Assembly (NCBI GenBank): GCA_049969855.1
Contig: JBMFOB010000003.1
Location: 1 to 64,000, forward strand
Source: Candidatus Bathyarchaeia archaeon
GTDB taxonomy: Archaea > Thermoproteota > Bathyarchaeia > Bathyarchaeales > Bathycorpusculaceae
DNA: 64,000 bases
Reading direction: 5' to 3'
Below the pieces are notes generated by a model. That model was given only the letters and a program-made list of their open reading frames with translations, was not told the DNA's origin and did no database searches. Shown piece by piece: positions 30,238-40,475 of the stretch. Within the stretch, counting starts at the first letter, position 1; each line of letters begins with the position of its first letter. The translations under genes were made by a program, and so were the position numbers.

Positions 30238-31465
30238 TTGGAGAATATTATGGCAATATCCAAGTTTGGAGCAGATTTTATCACGCTATTCAGACAAAGT
30301 AATATCAATAGAACTGTTCTAAGCATAGGGTTAGCCTCAAGATTCATAGTCTTATTTTCCGCAATTGTTGGATATTACACAATAGGAGTTAGAGAACCCG
30401 TTTCTCATGAAGTTTTATGGGATTTAAACTTGCCTATAATGAACCTTTTCGCCCGCTGGGATTCAGGACATTATATAAACATTGCAATAAACGGGTATTC
30501 TGTTGGACCTGAAGGACCAGGTGAAGTTTGGGCGTTTTTTCCTCTATATCCTTTACTCATGCGTATCATAGGGGTTCCATTTGCGAATTTTTTCAGTCAG
30601 TTTCAAGCCGTTGCAGTTGCCGGTTTCCTAATAAGCAACATTTTGTTTTTTTATCCTAATTCTCTTTTTTTACAGATTAAGCGAAATTGTGCTTAAAAAC
30701 AGCCGTTTGGCGTTACTCTCTACTATTATGTTTTCGTTATGGCCTGGTTCACTGTTCTATTCGTGTGTGTATCCTGAATGCCTTTTTATGGTTTTAATTG
30801 TGACCGCTCTCTACTTTCTTGAGTGCGATAAAAATTTTGAGGCAATGATTCTAGGTTTTCTTGCAGGTTGGGCTAGACCAACTGGATTTTTAATTTTCAT
30901 ACCTTTCGTTTACAAAGCAATTGAAAAACGTAGTCGCTATTTGGTTTTCCAATCACTGATAGTTTTTTCACCTTATTTGTTGTTTAGCCTCTATGGGTTT
31001 GTCAGAACGGGCATTTTTCTAATAAGAGAATGGGTATACATGAAGTATTGGAGTCACCCAATTCCCATTGTATTTTGTCAGCTTTTGGATTATCCGCTTC
31101 CTAAAGGAGTCCCAAAGCTTGGGTATTCGCTTCTTGCTCTTATTGAACTAATTTTTGTAATGACAGTTGTTGTCAATCTTTTGTTGTCTAAAGATTTGCT
31201 CGTTGCCACTTTATCGCTTAATCTAAAAAAGAGACATGATGAAGCGAAATATTATGGTTTTGCCTTGGCAATACTTCCCACAATTCTGTTTTACGGAACC
31301 ATAAATAATCTACACAGATACGCCTTAGCCCTAATACCCATGTACTGGGTGTTAGGAAAAATCGCCACTCGTCACGAGGTAACCATGATAATACTTACAT
31401 CCATAATGTTAACGATGATGGTAATAGGAACTATCCTTTTTGCAACATGGAGATTTTATCTATGA
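30238..31465 (+). pseudogene. PIG-V/GT76-like GT-C mannosyltransferase split by a +1 frameshift (ORFs 30238-30696 and 30689-31465)
   Basis: RWDSGHY..IA..GY and AFFPLYP in ORF1; YPECLF, ARPTG and RY in ORF2; deleting one T from the T7 run at 30646-30652 fuses them. Confidence 0.75.
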
Positions 31466-31547
31466 GCCAACATCATCAGCTTTCAGTAGTTTTGAGAAAA
31501 TGTTAATTAATGGCTTAGCTTATTCATGTGCAACGGAAGGATAAAGA

Positions 31548-31919
31548 GTGAGTGACGAAATTTCGAAGCTTCCACCCCAAGTTCAAGAACGTTTGTTAAG
31601 GCTTCAGCAGCTTCAACAGACACTTCAGTCCGTATTGGTTCAGAAGCAACAGGTGGAGATTGAGCTTACAGAAATTGAACAAGCCTTGGGTGAATTACAG
31701 AAGATGAGTGATGACGCAGTTATATACAAGGCTATTGGCTCGCTTCTGGTTAAGTCGGAAAAAGCCAAAACAGTGGCTGATTTGAATGAACGAAAGGAAC
31801 TTTTCAACACAAGAGCTGCAGTTTTAGGAAAACAGGAGGAACGCCTGCGCAGTCAAATAAAAGATTTGCAAACTAAGCTTCAACAAGACTTAAGTCCAGT
31901 TTCTCCATCCCAACCCTAA
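31548..31919 (+). CDS. pfdB: Prefoldin subunit beta
   Basis: LPPQVQ..L..LQQLQQ; IYKAIGSLLVK. Confidence 0.95.
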   Translation: MSDEISKLPPQVQERLLRLQQLQQTLQSVLVQKQQVEIELTEIEQALGELQKMSDDAVIYKAIGSLLVKSEKAKTVADLNERKELFNTRAAVLGKQEERLRSQIKDLQTKLQQDLSPVSPSQP

Positions 31920-31943
31920 CAGAAGCCTTTTAGGTGGAAACTT

Positions 31944-32246
31944 TTGGAAGATTTAGGCATACCAGAGTTAACAAGTGAGCAAGTTGAGGAATTATGCGCT
32001 GTTGCAGAGAAGACTGCCAGAGAATACGTCACAGCAAAGGTGCCTTCAAAAAGAATAGAAACATTAAACATAAGCGTTGAGGTGGAAGGCACAAAACCTG
32101 TGACTGTGACCATAGATGTGGATGTTGTTTTGTCGCCTTTGATGAAGGATTTTGATGTGAAAGATTTGGTTGAAGGCGCTGTTAAGAAAGCGTTCGTTTC
32201 TGTGGATGAATATTTGAGGGCGCTAAAGTGTCATTCTCAAGAATAA
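31944..32246 (+). CDS. DUF3194-like protein
   Basis: IPELTSEQVEELC; usual position between pfdB and the DHH gene. Confidence 0.65.
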   Translation: MEDLGIPELTSEQVEELCAVAEKTAREYVTAKVPSKRIETLNISVEVEGTKPVTVTIDVDVVLSPLMKDFDVKDLVEGAVKKAFVSVDEYLRALKCHSQE

Positions 32247-33223
32247 TGAAAATTCTGGAAGAGATAAATGCTAAACTTGTTGTTTTGTTATGCCACCATA
32301 ATGCCGACCCAGACGCCGTCTGTTCAGCCTATGCCTTCGCAAGCTTGCTGAAAAGTTTAAAACCAAACATTGAAGTTGAAATTGTGGCGGCACAGGGAAT
32401 AAGTCGACTATCAAAACATCTTCTAAAACATATTCCAATAGAAGTTAAAACCCGCTCTAATGTTGAAAAGGCAGACGCAATAGTTTTGCTTGACACAAAC
32501 ACAATCCAACAACTCAACGATTTAGGTGAAAAAGTGAAAACGTTAAGGGCTCCGCTCATAGTCATAGACCACCACGCAGCCCATCCAGAAACGGAACAAA
32601 TGGCAAAAATCTGCATAACCAACGAAGAAGCATCATCAACATGCGAAATTGTATACAATTTCTTTAAAGAGTTAAACATTAAACCTGGAGAAAATGAAGC
32701 TAAAGCATTATTTTTGGGTATAGCCTTTGACACACGTCATTTTGTATTAGCGAATTCGTCCACACTAAAATCAATAGCAGAACTCATCGACGCAGGCGTA
32801 AATGCACAAGAGACATTATCCTTGCTTTCTTTGCCCATGGACTTTTCTGAAAGAGTTGCAAGGTTAAAGGCTTGCAGAAGAGCCAAACTTTTCAAAGTTG
32901 GAGAATGGATAATTGCCTTTTCCCATGTCAGCGCTTACCAAGCTTCAGCAGCAAGAGCCATAATAGACTTAGGCGCTCACGTGGCTGGTGTGGCGGGACA
33001 AAAAAATGAAAATCTTGAAATTAGCCTACGCTGCGTTCGCGAGTTTCACGAGAAAACGGGCATACATTTAGGCAGAGACATTGCCAAACCCTTAGGCGAA
33101 TATCTCCACGGCATGGGAGGGGGACATGCAACGGCTGCTGGAGTGAACGGCGTTGGAGACATTGAGACGGGACTTAAAAGGTGTTTGCGACTTCTTAAAG
33201 AAAAGTTGGCAGCTACAACATAG
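32228..33223 (+). CDS. DHH family phosphoesterase
   Basis: HHNADPDA; IDHH; SSTCE; GGGH. Confidence 0.92.
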   Translation: MSFSRIMKILEEINAKLVVLLCHHNADPDAVCSAYAFASLLKSLKPNIEVEIVAAQGISRLSKHLLKHIPIEVKTRSNVEKADAIVLLDTNTIQQLNDLGEKVKTLRAPLIVIDHHAAHPETEQMAKICITNEEASSTCEIVYNFFKELNIKPGENEAKALFLGIAFDTRHFVLANSSTLKSIAELIDAGVNAQETLSLLSLPMDFSERVARLKACRRAKLFKVGEWIIAFSHVSAYQASAARAIIDLGAHVAGVAGQKNENLEISLRCVREFHEKTGIHLGRDIAKPLGEYLHGMGGGHATAAGVNGVGDIETGLKRCLRLLKEKLAATT

Positions 33224-33299
33224 TTTAGTATAACATATTTAAGTAGCTACTCTTAAATGAGCCAAAGTAACCGCTTAAAAGTTGGTAGGCACCACAAGC

Positions 33300-34154
33300 A
33301 TGACAGTGATTGAAACAAAGAATCTCACTTACACTTATCCTGGTGGAACAAAACCATCAATTAGTGATGTTTCCATAAAAATAGAGAAAGGCGAATTCAC
33401 TCTCATAACAGGTCCAAGCGGATGTGGAAAGACAACCCTCTGCCGCTGTTTCAATGGGTTGATTCCTCATTTCTATCAAGGCGAATTAAAAGGAGAAATA
33501 ACAGTCGCTGGACTGAACGTTCTCGAAAATCCAATTTATGAAATGGCAAAGCATGTGGGACTTGTGTTCCAAAACCCTGAAAATCAGCTTTTCGCTCTCT
33601 CGGTGGAAAAGGATGTTGCTTTTGGTCTTGAAAATTTGGGAGTGCCAAGGGAAGAGATGCGAAAAAGGGTGGATTGGGCGCTGAACCTTACGGGCATATA
33701 TGATTTGAGGGAGAGGGCTCCTCACGAACTTTCTGGTGGTCAACAGCAGCGTGTCGCCATAGCCTCCATATTAGCAATGCAGCCAGAAGTGATGATTTTG
33801 GACGAGCCAACATCTTTCCTTGACCCATTAAGTGCAAAGAAAATTTTCGAAGTAATTTATGAATTGAATAAAAAGCTTGGAATAACCGTGGTGCTTGTTG
33901 AACATAGACTTGATTTAACAGCTAGATATGCCGACCACATAATCGTGATGGATGATGGAAAAATTGTTTTGGACGGTGAACCCCGAGAAATCTTAAGCTC
34001 AGAAGAAGCCCGCCTTATTGGAATAGGAATTCCAAAGGCAACACGCCTCTATCACATTCTTAGAAAGGATGGAGTAAAACTCGGCAACACCATTCCCTTG
34101 TCTTCCGATGAGATGGCAAATCTCTTAAAGGAGGCTTTAAAAGTTCATGATTGA
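33300..34154 (+). CDS. ecfA: ECF transporter ATPase EcfA
   Basis: GPSGCGKTT; FQNPENQ; LSGGQQQR; LDEP. Confidence 0.92.
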   Translation: MTVIETKNLTYTYPGGTKPSISDVSIKIEKGEFTLITGPSGCGKTTLCRCFNGLIPHFYQGELKGEITVAGLNVLENPIYEMAKHVGLVFQNPENQLFALSVEKDVAFGLENLGVPREEMRKRVDWALNLTGIYDLRERAPHELSGGQQQRVAIASILAMQPEVMILDEPTSFLDPLSAKKIFEVIYELNKKLGITVVLVEHRLDLTARYADHIIVMDDGKIVLDGEPREILSSEEARLIGIGIPKATRLYHILRKDGVKLGNTIPLSSDEMANLLKEALKVHD

Positions 34155-34971
34155 AGTTGAAGACGTCTACTTTAGGTATCCAAACGGCGTTGAAGCATTA
34201 AGAGGGATATCTCTAACAATAAAAAACGGCGAATTCGTAGCCATAATGGGACAAAACGGCGCGGGAAAAACAACATTGGTTAAACATTTTAATGGATTAT
34301 TAAAACCAACCAAAGGAAAAGTGTTGGTTGATGAAGTTGAAACAACAAAAGTTAGTGTGGCAACCCTAGCCAGAAAAGTTGGTTTTGTTTTCCAGAATCC
34401 AGACCATCAACTTTTCAGCGAAACAGTGAAAGAAGAAATAGCCTTCGCATTGAAGAATTTCGGGTTCAAAGAAACAATCATAAAAAGAAGGGTTCAGTGG
34501 GCTTTAAACCTTTTAGGTTTAACTCAATACATAAAAACTTCGCCATTCATGCTTAGCGGTGGAGAAAGAAAACGTGTAGCCCTTGCTTCGGTTCTTGCAT
34601 GGAACCCTAAAATACTCATATTGGACGAGCCCACAATAGGGCAAGATTATCAACAAAAAGAGAAGCTTAGACAGTTTATTCTTCAGATGAAAACGCAGAG
34701 AAAGACGGTGATTATTGTTACGCATGATGTGGAGTTTGTGGCTGAATGCAACCCAAGGGTTGTTTTAATGCGGGAAGGAAAAATTGTTGCAGACGGCGAA
34801 GCAAAAGAGATTCTAACAAACGAGGAAGTCTTAACCCAAGCATCCATAGTTCCGCCTCAAATCGCTCAAATTTTCATGCAGATTCCAAGTTTAGAATTGC
34901 CAAAAAACGTCATTGACGTCTACGAAGCAAGAGAAATACTGCTTAAAAAATTGGAGAAGGATGCTAAATGA
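34147..34971 (+). CDS. ecfA2: ECF transporter ATPase EcfA'
   Basis: GQNGAGKTT; FQNPDHQ; LSGGERKR; LDEP. Confidence 0.92.
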   Translation: MIEVEDVYFRYPNGVEALRGISLTIKNGEFVAIMGQNGAGKTTLVKHFNGLLKPTKGKVLVDEVETTKVSVATLARKVGFVFQNPDHQLFSETVKEEIAFALKNFGFKETIIKRRVQWALNLLGLTQYIKTSPFMLSGGERKRVALASVLAWNPKILILDEPTIGQDYQQKEKLRQFILQMKTQRKTVIIVTHDVEFVAECNPRVVLMREGKIVADGEAKEILTNEEVLTQASIVPPQIAQIFMQIPSLELPKNVIDVYEAREILLKKLEKDAK

Positions 34972-35756
34972 GCGTTTTTGACGGACTAAAATTCCGAAGG
35001 GTCTACTCTCCAATTCACAATTTAGACCCAAGAATAAAATTCATCTACGTCCTCGCAATTTTTGTCATAGCAATAATGTTTTGGGAACTCATACCCTTAA
35101 TGGTGCTTTTTGTTATTCAGATTCCCTTCGTCGTTTTGGCTAGAGTTAAACGGGAATGGATTCGTTCAATGCGTGGAGGAGCCTTTTTAGCCGCAATAAT
35201 TTTCATAACGAACTTTGCCGTCGCATACATTGGAGGACGAGGATTAGCAGAGAGCCTAGAAAATGCTATCGCTTTAACATTACGTTTCGTGGTTCTCATA
35301 GAATCTTTCTCAATTTTCTTTTTGACAACATCACCAGACCACTTGGGTTTAGCCCTAGAACAAACTGGGATACCCTACGAGTTTTGCTTTGCCTTCACAA
35401 CCGCCGTGCGTTTTGTGCCTGTTTTAGCTGAAGAAGCCCAAACAATAATGGATGCCCAAAAGGCTAGGGGTTTAGAGCTTGAAAGGGGAAACTTTCTGAA
35501 AAGAATTAGAAATTATATTCCAATCCTTATACCATTAATCATAAGCGCCATTCGAAGAAGCCTTGAATTAGCTGAAGCCATGGAATCCCGCGCTTGGGGA
35601 GCCACCAAAAAACGCACAAACCTTTACGTGTTAAAAATGCACAAAAACGATTTTCTCCTGATAGCCATAACCCTTGGAATCTTGGCAACAGCAATTTTCA
35701 TTCGCCTATACGTTCCAATTCCATCATTAAACCAACTTTTAAAAGGACAATTTTAA
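34968..35756 (+). CDS. ecfT: ECF transporter transmembrane component T
   Basis: LDPRIK; AQKARG; AMESR. Confidence 0.92.
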   Translation: MSVFDGLKFRRVYSPIHNLDPRIKFIYVLAIFVIAIMFWELIPLMVLFVIQIPFVVLARVKREWIRSMRGGAFLAAIIFITNFAVAYIGGRGLAESLENAIALTLRFVVLIESFSIFFLTTSPDHLGLALEQTGIPYEFCFAFTTAVRFVPVLAEEAQTIMDAQKARGLELERGNFLKRIRNYIPILIPLIISAIRRSLELAEAMESRAWGATKKRTNLYVLKMHKNDFLLIAITLGILATAIFIRLYVPIPSLNQLLKGQF

Positions 35757-35787
35757 ACCATAAGGCTTTTAATACGGACACAATTTA

Positions 35788-36408
35788 ATGGGTTTCGAGG
35801 TTCAAAAGTTGGAAATGCTTAAGGCAGCAGCAGAAGAAATCATTGACGGAATTAAACGCTGCATTGAAGAGCTTAACATGAAAGAAGTTGAAAGGTTAAT
35901 TGAGCTCTTGCTGGAAGCAAAAGAGAAGAAAATATTTATTGTAGGCATTGGAAGAAGCGGATTCGTCGCCAGAGCCTTCGCCTTGCGCCTAATGAATTTA
36001 GGATTTAATGTTTACTTCTTAGGCGAAACAATCACGCCAGCCGCTGAAAAAGGAGACTTGCTCATTGCTATTTCAGGAACGGGTGCCACAAAAATGGTTT
36101 TAACCGCAAGCTCAGCAGCCAAAGAAATAGGCGCCACAGTAATTGCCATCACATCCTTTCCAGAATCTCCACTTGGTCAAATGGCTGACCTTGTAGTAAC
36201 GGTGAAAGGAAGGACAAAGATGGGTTGGCCGAGAGAGGAGGATTATTTGGCTAGGCAGATTATGGGTGAAAGGGAACCGTTAACGCCTCTTGGAAGTGTT
36301 TTTGAGAATAATTGTATGGTGTTTCTTGATAGCTTAATTGTGGAGTTAATGCATCGGTTGGGAAGAACTGAAGAGGATTTAAAGCGTAGGCATGCAACAA
36401 TAGAGTAG
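35788..36408 (+). CDS. hxlB: 6-phospho-3-hexuloisomerase
   Basis: GIGRSG; RLMNLG; GETITP; PLGSVFE; RHATIE. Confidence 0.92.
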   Translation: MGFEVQKLEMLKAAAEEIIDGIKRCIEELNMKEVERLIELLLEAKEKKIFIVGIGRSGFVARAFALRLMNLGFNVYFLGETITPAAEKGDLLIAISGTGATKMVLTASSAAKEIGATVIAITSFPESPLGQMADLVVTVKGRTKMGWPREEDYLARQIMGEREPLTPLGSVFENNCMVFLDSLIVELMHRLGRTEEDLKRRHATIE

Positions 36409-36425
36409 GCTTAAAGAGATGGAGA

Positions 36426-36512
36426 GTGCCGCATATACGGGCTAAATGGAAAAAGAAAAGGATGCGGAAGCAGAAGAAGAAACGTCAAAAGAGAAGAGCA
36501 CGGTATAAGTAA
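36426..36512 (+). CDS. rpl41e: Ribosomal protein eL41/eS32 (MPHIRAKWKKKRMRKQKKKRQKRRARYK), absent from the ORF track
   Basis: Translated by hand; matches the eukaryotic eL41 pattern [21 protein letters not shown]; start may instead be ATA at 36435. Confidence 0.85.
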   Translation: MPHIRAKWKKKRMRKQKKKRQKRRARYK

Positions 36513-36669
36513 GTAATTTATGTATCACTGAATTTTCTGGCTTGTTTTGAGTTGTAAGTGTTAAGCATGCTAAAGATTAATTATGCATATAACTTATTAA
36601 GACACACGACACACTATACTCATGGAAAACCACCCAACACCATAAACCAAAACACAACGGTGAAAACCA

Positions 36670-38223
36670 ATGCCGAAAGCCCAAAAAACTACAGCGGAAG
36701 AAACAAAACCAACAATAACAGTAGGGGCGGAAATAAAAAAGCCAACAATTTTCAGAGAAGTCTACCCAATAAAAGAACCTTACGTTTACGCAGCAATAGT
36801 GAAAGACCCAGAAACCCAGAAAATTCTCTACGAAATTGTGGAACCAACCCTCCAAAAAGAAGAAGAAAAGCTGCTGAAGGAAATAAAGGCATTTTTAATG
36901 GATGAGTTAGACGTAAACCTAAAAGAAATAGAAACCAAAGAGAAAGCAGAAAAATATCTTGAAGAAAAAACAAGGGAGATAATTAAAAAATACCGAATAA
37001 AAGTTTCACAAGAAGCCATCGACAAACTCATATACTATCTGACAAGGGACTTCATAGGCTACGGAAAAATAGACCCATTAATGAAAGACCACTTAATTGA
37101 GGACATATCAGCAGACGGCGTTAACATACCAATTTACGTTTGGCATAGGCTTTACGAATCATTACCAACAAACATAATATTCAGAAGCGAAGCAGAGCTA
37201 AACTCATTCATAATCCGTCTGGCATACTTGAGCGGAAAAAACATTTCCATAGCATCCCCAATTTTGGACGCATCCCTTCCAGACGGCAGCCGTGTACAAC
37301 TAACTTATGGAAATGAAGTGACAAGGAGGGGGTCAACATTCACAATTCGACGCTTTAGAGTTGACCCACTAACAATCTCAGACCTTATCGCCTTCAACAC
37401 AATTTCATCAGAAATGGCTGCCTTCTTGTGGTATATAATAGAAAATAGGGCTTCAGTGCTTGTTGCTGGGGGCGTAGCTTCTGGAAAGACAACCATGCTG
37501 AACTGTTTGTCAATGTTCATAAAGCCTGAAATGAAAATAGTAAGCGTAGAAGACACGCAAGAGCTGAACCTTCCCCATGAAAACTGGATACCTTCAGTCG
37601 TAAGACTGGGGTTTGGACATGAAGACAAAAAAGGCGGCACAATAACTCTATTCGACTTGTTAAAGGCTGCTGTTAGACAAAGACCAGACTACATAATCGT
37701 AGGCGAAGTCCGCGGAGAAGAAGCCTACACGCTTTTTCAAGCCATGGCAACAGGCCACTTGGGAATGAGCACAATCCACGCAGAATCAGTTGAAGCCACA
37801 ATAAATCGTTTACAATCTGAACCAATGAACATTCCAAAACCGCTCATAGCCATGACCAACGTCATAATGGTTATGACCAGAACAGAAATTGAAGGAAAAC
37901 CAGCAAGAAGAGCCAGCATAACAAGCGAGATTTTAGGGTTAAATTCAAAAACAAAGAGCATACTAACAGAAGACGTTTTCCGCTGGAACCAAAAAGAAGA
38001 CAAGTTTGTATTTTCAGGCCACAGCAGCCTCCTTGAAAAACACATGAAGAAAATGGAAATCAGCGAAGAAGACATTAAACGAGAAATGCATCGCAGAAAA
38101 ACCGTTTTAGAGTGGATGGTGAGGAAGGGCATTCGACGCCACATGGACGTTTCAAATGTTATTCGAGAATATTATGCTAACCCGAATAGGGTTTTCCAAA
38201 AAGCAAGGGTTGGGTTGAAATGA
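36670..38223 (+). CDS. Type IV pilus assembly ATPase (ArlI/PilB/TadA family)
   Basis: GGVASGKTT; EDTQE; RQRPDYIIVGEVRG; TGH...TIHA. Confidence 0.93.
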   Translation: MPKAQKTTAEETKPTITVGAEIKKPTIFREVYPIKEPYVYAAIVKDPETQKILYEIVEPTLQKEEEKLLKEIKAFLMDELDVNLKEIETKEKAEKYLEEKTREIIKKYRIKVSQEAIDKLIYYLTRDFIGYGKIDPLMKDHLIEDISADGVNIPIYVWHRLYESLPTNIIFRSEAELNSFIIRLAYLSGKNISIASPILDASLPDGSRVQLTYGNEVTRRGSTFTIRRFRVDPLTISDLIAFNTISSEMAAFLWYIIENRASVLVAGGVASGKTTMLNCLSMFIKPEMKIVSVEDTQELNLPHENWIPSVVRLGFGHEDKKGGTITLFDLLKAAVRQRPDYIIVGEVRGEEAYTLFQAMATGHLGMSTIHAESVEATINRLQSEPMNIPKPLIAMTNVIMVMTRTEIEGKPARRASITSEILGLNSKTKSILTEDVFRWNQKEDKFVFSGHSSLLEKHMKKMEISEEDIKREMHRRKTVLEWMVRKGIRRHMDVSNVIREYYANPNRVFQKARVGLK

Positions 38224-39227
38224 AAAACACTAAGGCTTACCAAAAAATCAGACAGCTCTACAACCGTTTCAAATTAATGTTTAAACTACCATCAATAAAA
38301 CTTTCGAGAACCAAACCAGAAGAGACACAACAAAAACACAAATTTGAGCTAAAAGAAACGCACACACTAGCTTACCAACTTATTGGTGGCAGAATAGGAC
38401 GCTTTATGCCGCTTTTCAGAGATTTGGACTTGAATTTGCAGAGGTCAGAGTTGAAGATTAATTTTAAGGCTTATGTTAGCCTAACAGTTTTTGTAACAAT
38501 TTTAGCTTCACTCACAACATTAGCCCTTGTTCCATCCATGCTGCTTTTCTTTTTAAAAATCCCGCTTTTGCCAGCAATACTCTTCGGCTTTGGCGGAAGC
38601 TTATTCACAAGCGCCTTCTCAATTATTGGATTTTACGCATACCCAGTCTATCGTGCAGACAAACTCAAGAGAGAGTTAGAAGACGAATTGCCCTTCACTA
38701 CAGGTTATATGGCAATCCTTACAACCGCCGGCGTTTCTCCAGAAAAAATCTTCTATTCACTTTCAAATCTCAGCGAACCATTAACAGTTTCCATAGAAGC
38801 CAAAAACATTGTTAGGGATGTGGGACTTTTCGGTTTCGACATAATCTCCGCCTTAGAAGAGGCGTCCAAGCGAACTTCTTCTGAAAGATTTCGCGAAATG
38901 CTTCAGGGGTTTATTTCAACAATACATTCTGGAGGAAACTTGTCCGCTTATCTTAGGGAAAAATCTAGGCAATATATGAAGCTTAAGAGGATAAGTCTTC
39001 GAAAATTTTCTGATACGTTGTCCATTTTGTCAGAATTTTATGTTGCTTTGATTGTGACTGGTCCTTTGCTTCTCATAATCATGCTTGCAGTTATGGAGAT
39101 GATGGGCGGCGGCTTTCTCGGCATGTTAAGTCCAAATCTGCTGCTGAGTTTGCTGACTTATCTTGGAATACCATTAGGCTCCATAATGTTCCTGATTATC
39201 CTAGACGCTGTTTCGCCTAAGTGGTAA
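38220..39227 (+). CDS. Type II secretion F / TadC-like pilus platform protein
   Basis: ELPF..GYMAIL..AG; ISALE..S.RTSS; SGG; transmembrane segments. Confidence 0.88.
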   Translation: MKNTKAYQKIRQLYNRFKLMFKLPSIKLSRTKPEETQQKHKFELKETHTLAYQLIGGRIGRFMPLFRDLDLNLQRSELKINFKAYVSLTVFVTILASLTTLALVPSMLLFFLKIPLLPAILFGFGGSLFTSAFSIIGFYAYPVYRADKLKRELEDELPFTTGYMAILTTAGVSPEKIFYSLSNLSEPLTVSIEAKNIVRDVGLFGFDIISALEEASKRTSSERFREMLQGFISTIHSGGNLSAYLREKSRQYMKLKRISLRKFSDTLSILSEFYVALIVTGPLLLIIMLAVMEMMGGGFLGMLSPNLLLSLLTYLGIPLGSIMFLIILDAVSPKW

Positions 39228-39232
39228 TTGAG

Positions 39233-40048
39233 ATGCCGAAAATAGAAGAGCGTGTCAAAAAAATTGCGTGGGTTGCCTCGGTTTCAGTAGCCGTTTCCAT
39301 AATCCTTTTTGCTTACATCTTGTTTGGGGGAAGCAGAGCCTTCGATGAATTCGTATTTTTTGCCGTAATAATCGCCGTTTCTCCCCCAACAATTCTAAAC
39401 TACATCGACTATAAATGGAGAAAAGCAATAGATGAGCATTTGCCAGACCTTTTCAGAAGCATAGTTCAAGCACAAGAAACGGGCATGACGCTTCCCCAAG
39501 CCTTAGAGGAAGCCTCAAAAAGAAATTATGGACCCCTCACGGCAGAACTGAGAAAAATGAACACCCAAATTTCTTGGGGAATGACCTTTGAAGAGGCACT
39601 GGTGGCTTTGGGAAAACGTGTCAACACAATTCTTGTTCAGAGAACTGTGCCATTAATAATCGAGGCAAGCCGTTCTGGAGGACACGCGGAAAAAGTTTTT
39701 GATCCAACTGGAAAGTTCATTCAAACAACGCTTTTGCTGGATAAGGAAAGAAGAAATCAAACGAGACCGTATATTGCAATAATTTATGTGGCATTTTTCG
39801 TGTTCATATTCACAATAATACTGCTTTTCAGGTCGTTTTTCCTAAGCATAGAAGGTTTACCAACCCTTGGGGCAGCAGTAACATCTCCAGAGGAAATGCA
39901 GCGAATGTTTTTCCATTTAGCCGCAATCCAAGCCTTTTTCGGCGGGTTGGTTGCTGGAAAAATGGGAGAGGGAACCATAAACGCTGGTTTAAAACACAGC
40001 ATAATTATGATGTTGTGCGGCTACATAGCCCTAAAACTTTTCTTGTAG
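39233..40048 (+). CDS. Type II secretion F / TadC-like pilus platform protein
   Basis: IDEHLPDLFR; YGPLTAEL; GKMGEG...AGLKH. Confidence 0.88.
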   Translation: MPKIEERVKKIAWVASVSVAVSIILFAYILFGGSRAFDEFVFFAVIIAVSPPTILNYIDYKWRKAIDEHLPDLFRSIVQAQETGMTLPQALEEASKRNYGPLTAELRKMNTQISWGMTFEEALVALGKRVNTILVQRTVPLIIEASRSGGHAEKVFDPTGKFIQTTLLLDKERRNQTRPYIAIIYVAFFVFIFTIILLFRSFFLSIEGLPTLGAAVTSPEEMQRMFFHLAAIQAFFGGLVAGKMGEGTINAGLKHSIIMMLCGYIALKLFL

Positions 40049-40058
40049 GTGAAGGAAA

Positions 40059-40475
40059 ATGAGTAAAAAGTTTAAAAGATTTTTGTCGGATTCACGGGCT
40101 ATAACTCCAGTTTTAAGCAACCTTTTGCTTACGATTGTGGCTGTAGGCGCCATGGCAATTGCGACAACGGCAACATATGTCATAACAACTAACATGCGGG
40201 AAATAATGAGCGAACGCCTCATCATTGAGGATTTATGGTTTAACAATTCCACTGGCAACATTCAAGTTTATCTTCGCAACGTAGGAAAAGTTGCCATTCA
40301 CATCTCCGCCGTTTACATCAACCACACTTCTCAATCTTTCTCATCTTTCAGTTTAGAAATAGGCGAACATGGGTGGCTTAACATATCCTATACTTGGGAT
40401 TCTGGCAGCCTATACTACATAGATATTGTAACAACAAGGGGAACGCACGTTGCAGAATACTATAAGGCTCCTTAA
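40059..40475 (+). CDS. Archaeal type IV pilin
   Basis: Class III signal peptide SRA/ITPVLSNLLL; ERLIIE; RNVG; IVTTRG. Confidence 0.85.
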   Translation: MSKKFKRFLSDSRAITPVLSNLLLTIVAVGAMAIATTATYVITTNMREIMSERLIIEDLWFNNSTGNIQVYLRNVGKVAIHISAVYINHTSQSFSSFSLEIGEHGWLNISYTWDSGSLYYIDIVTTRGTHVAEYYKAP

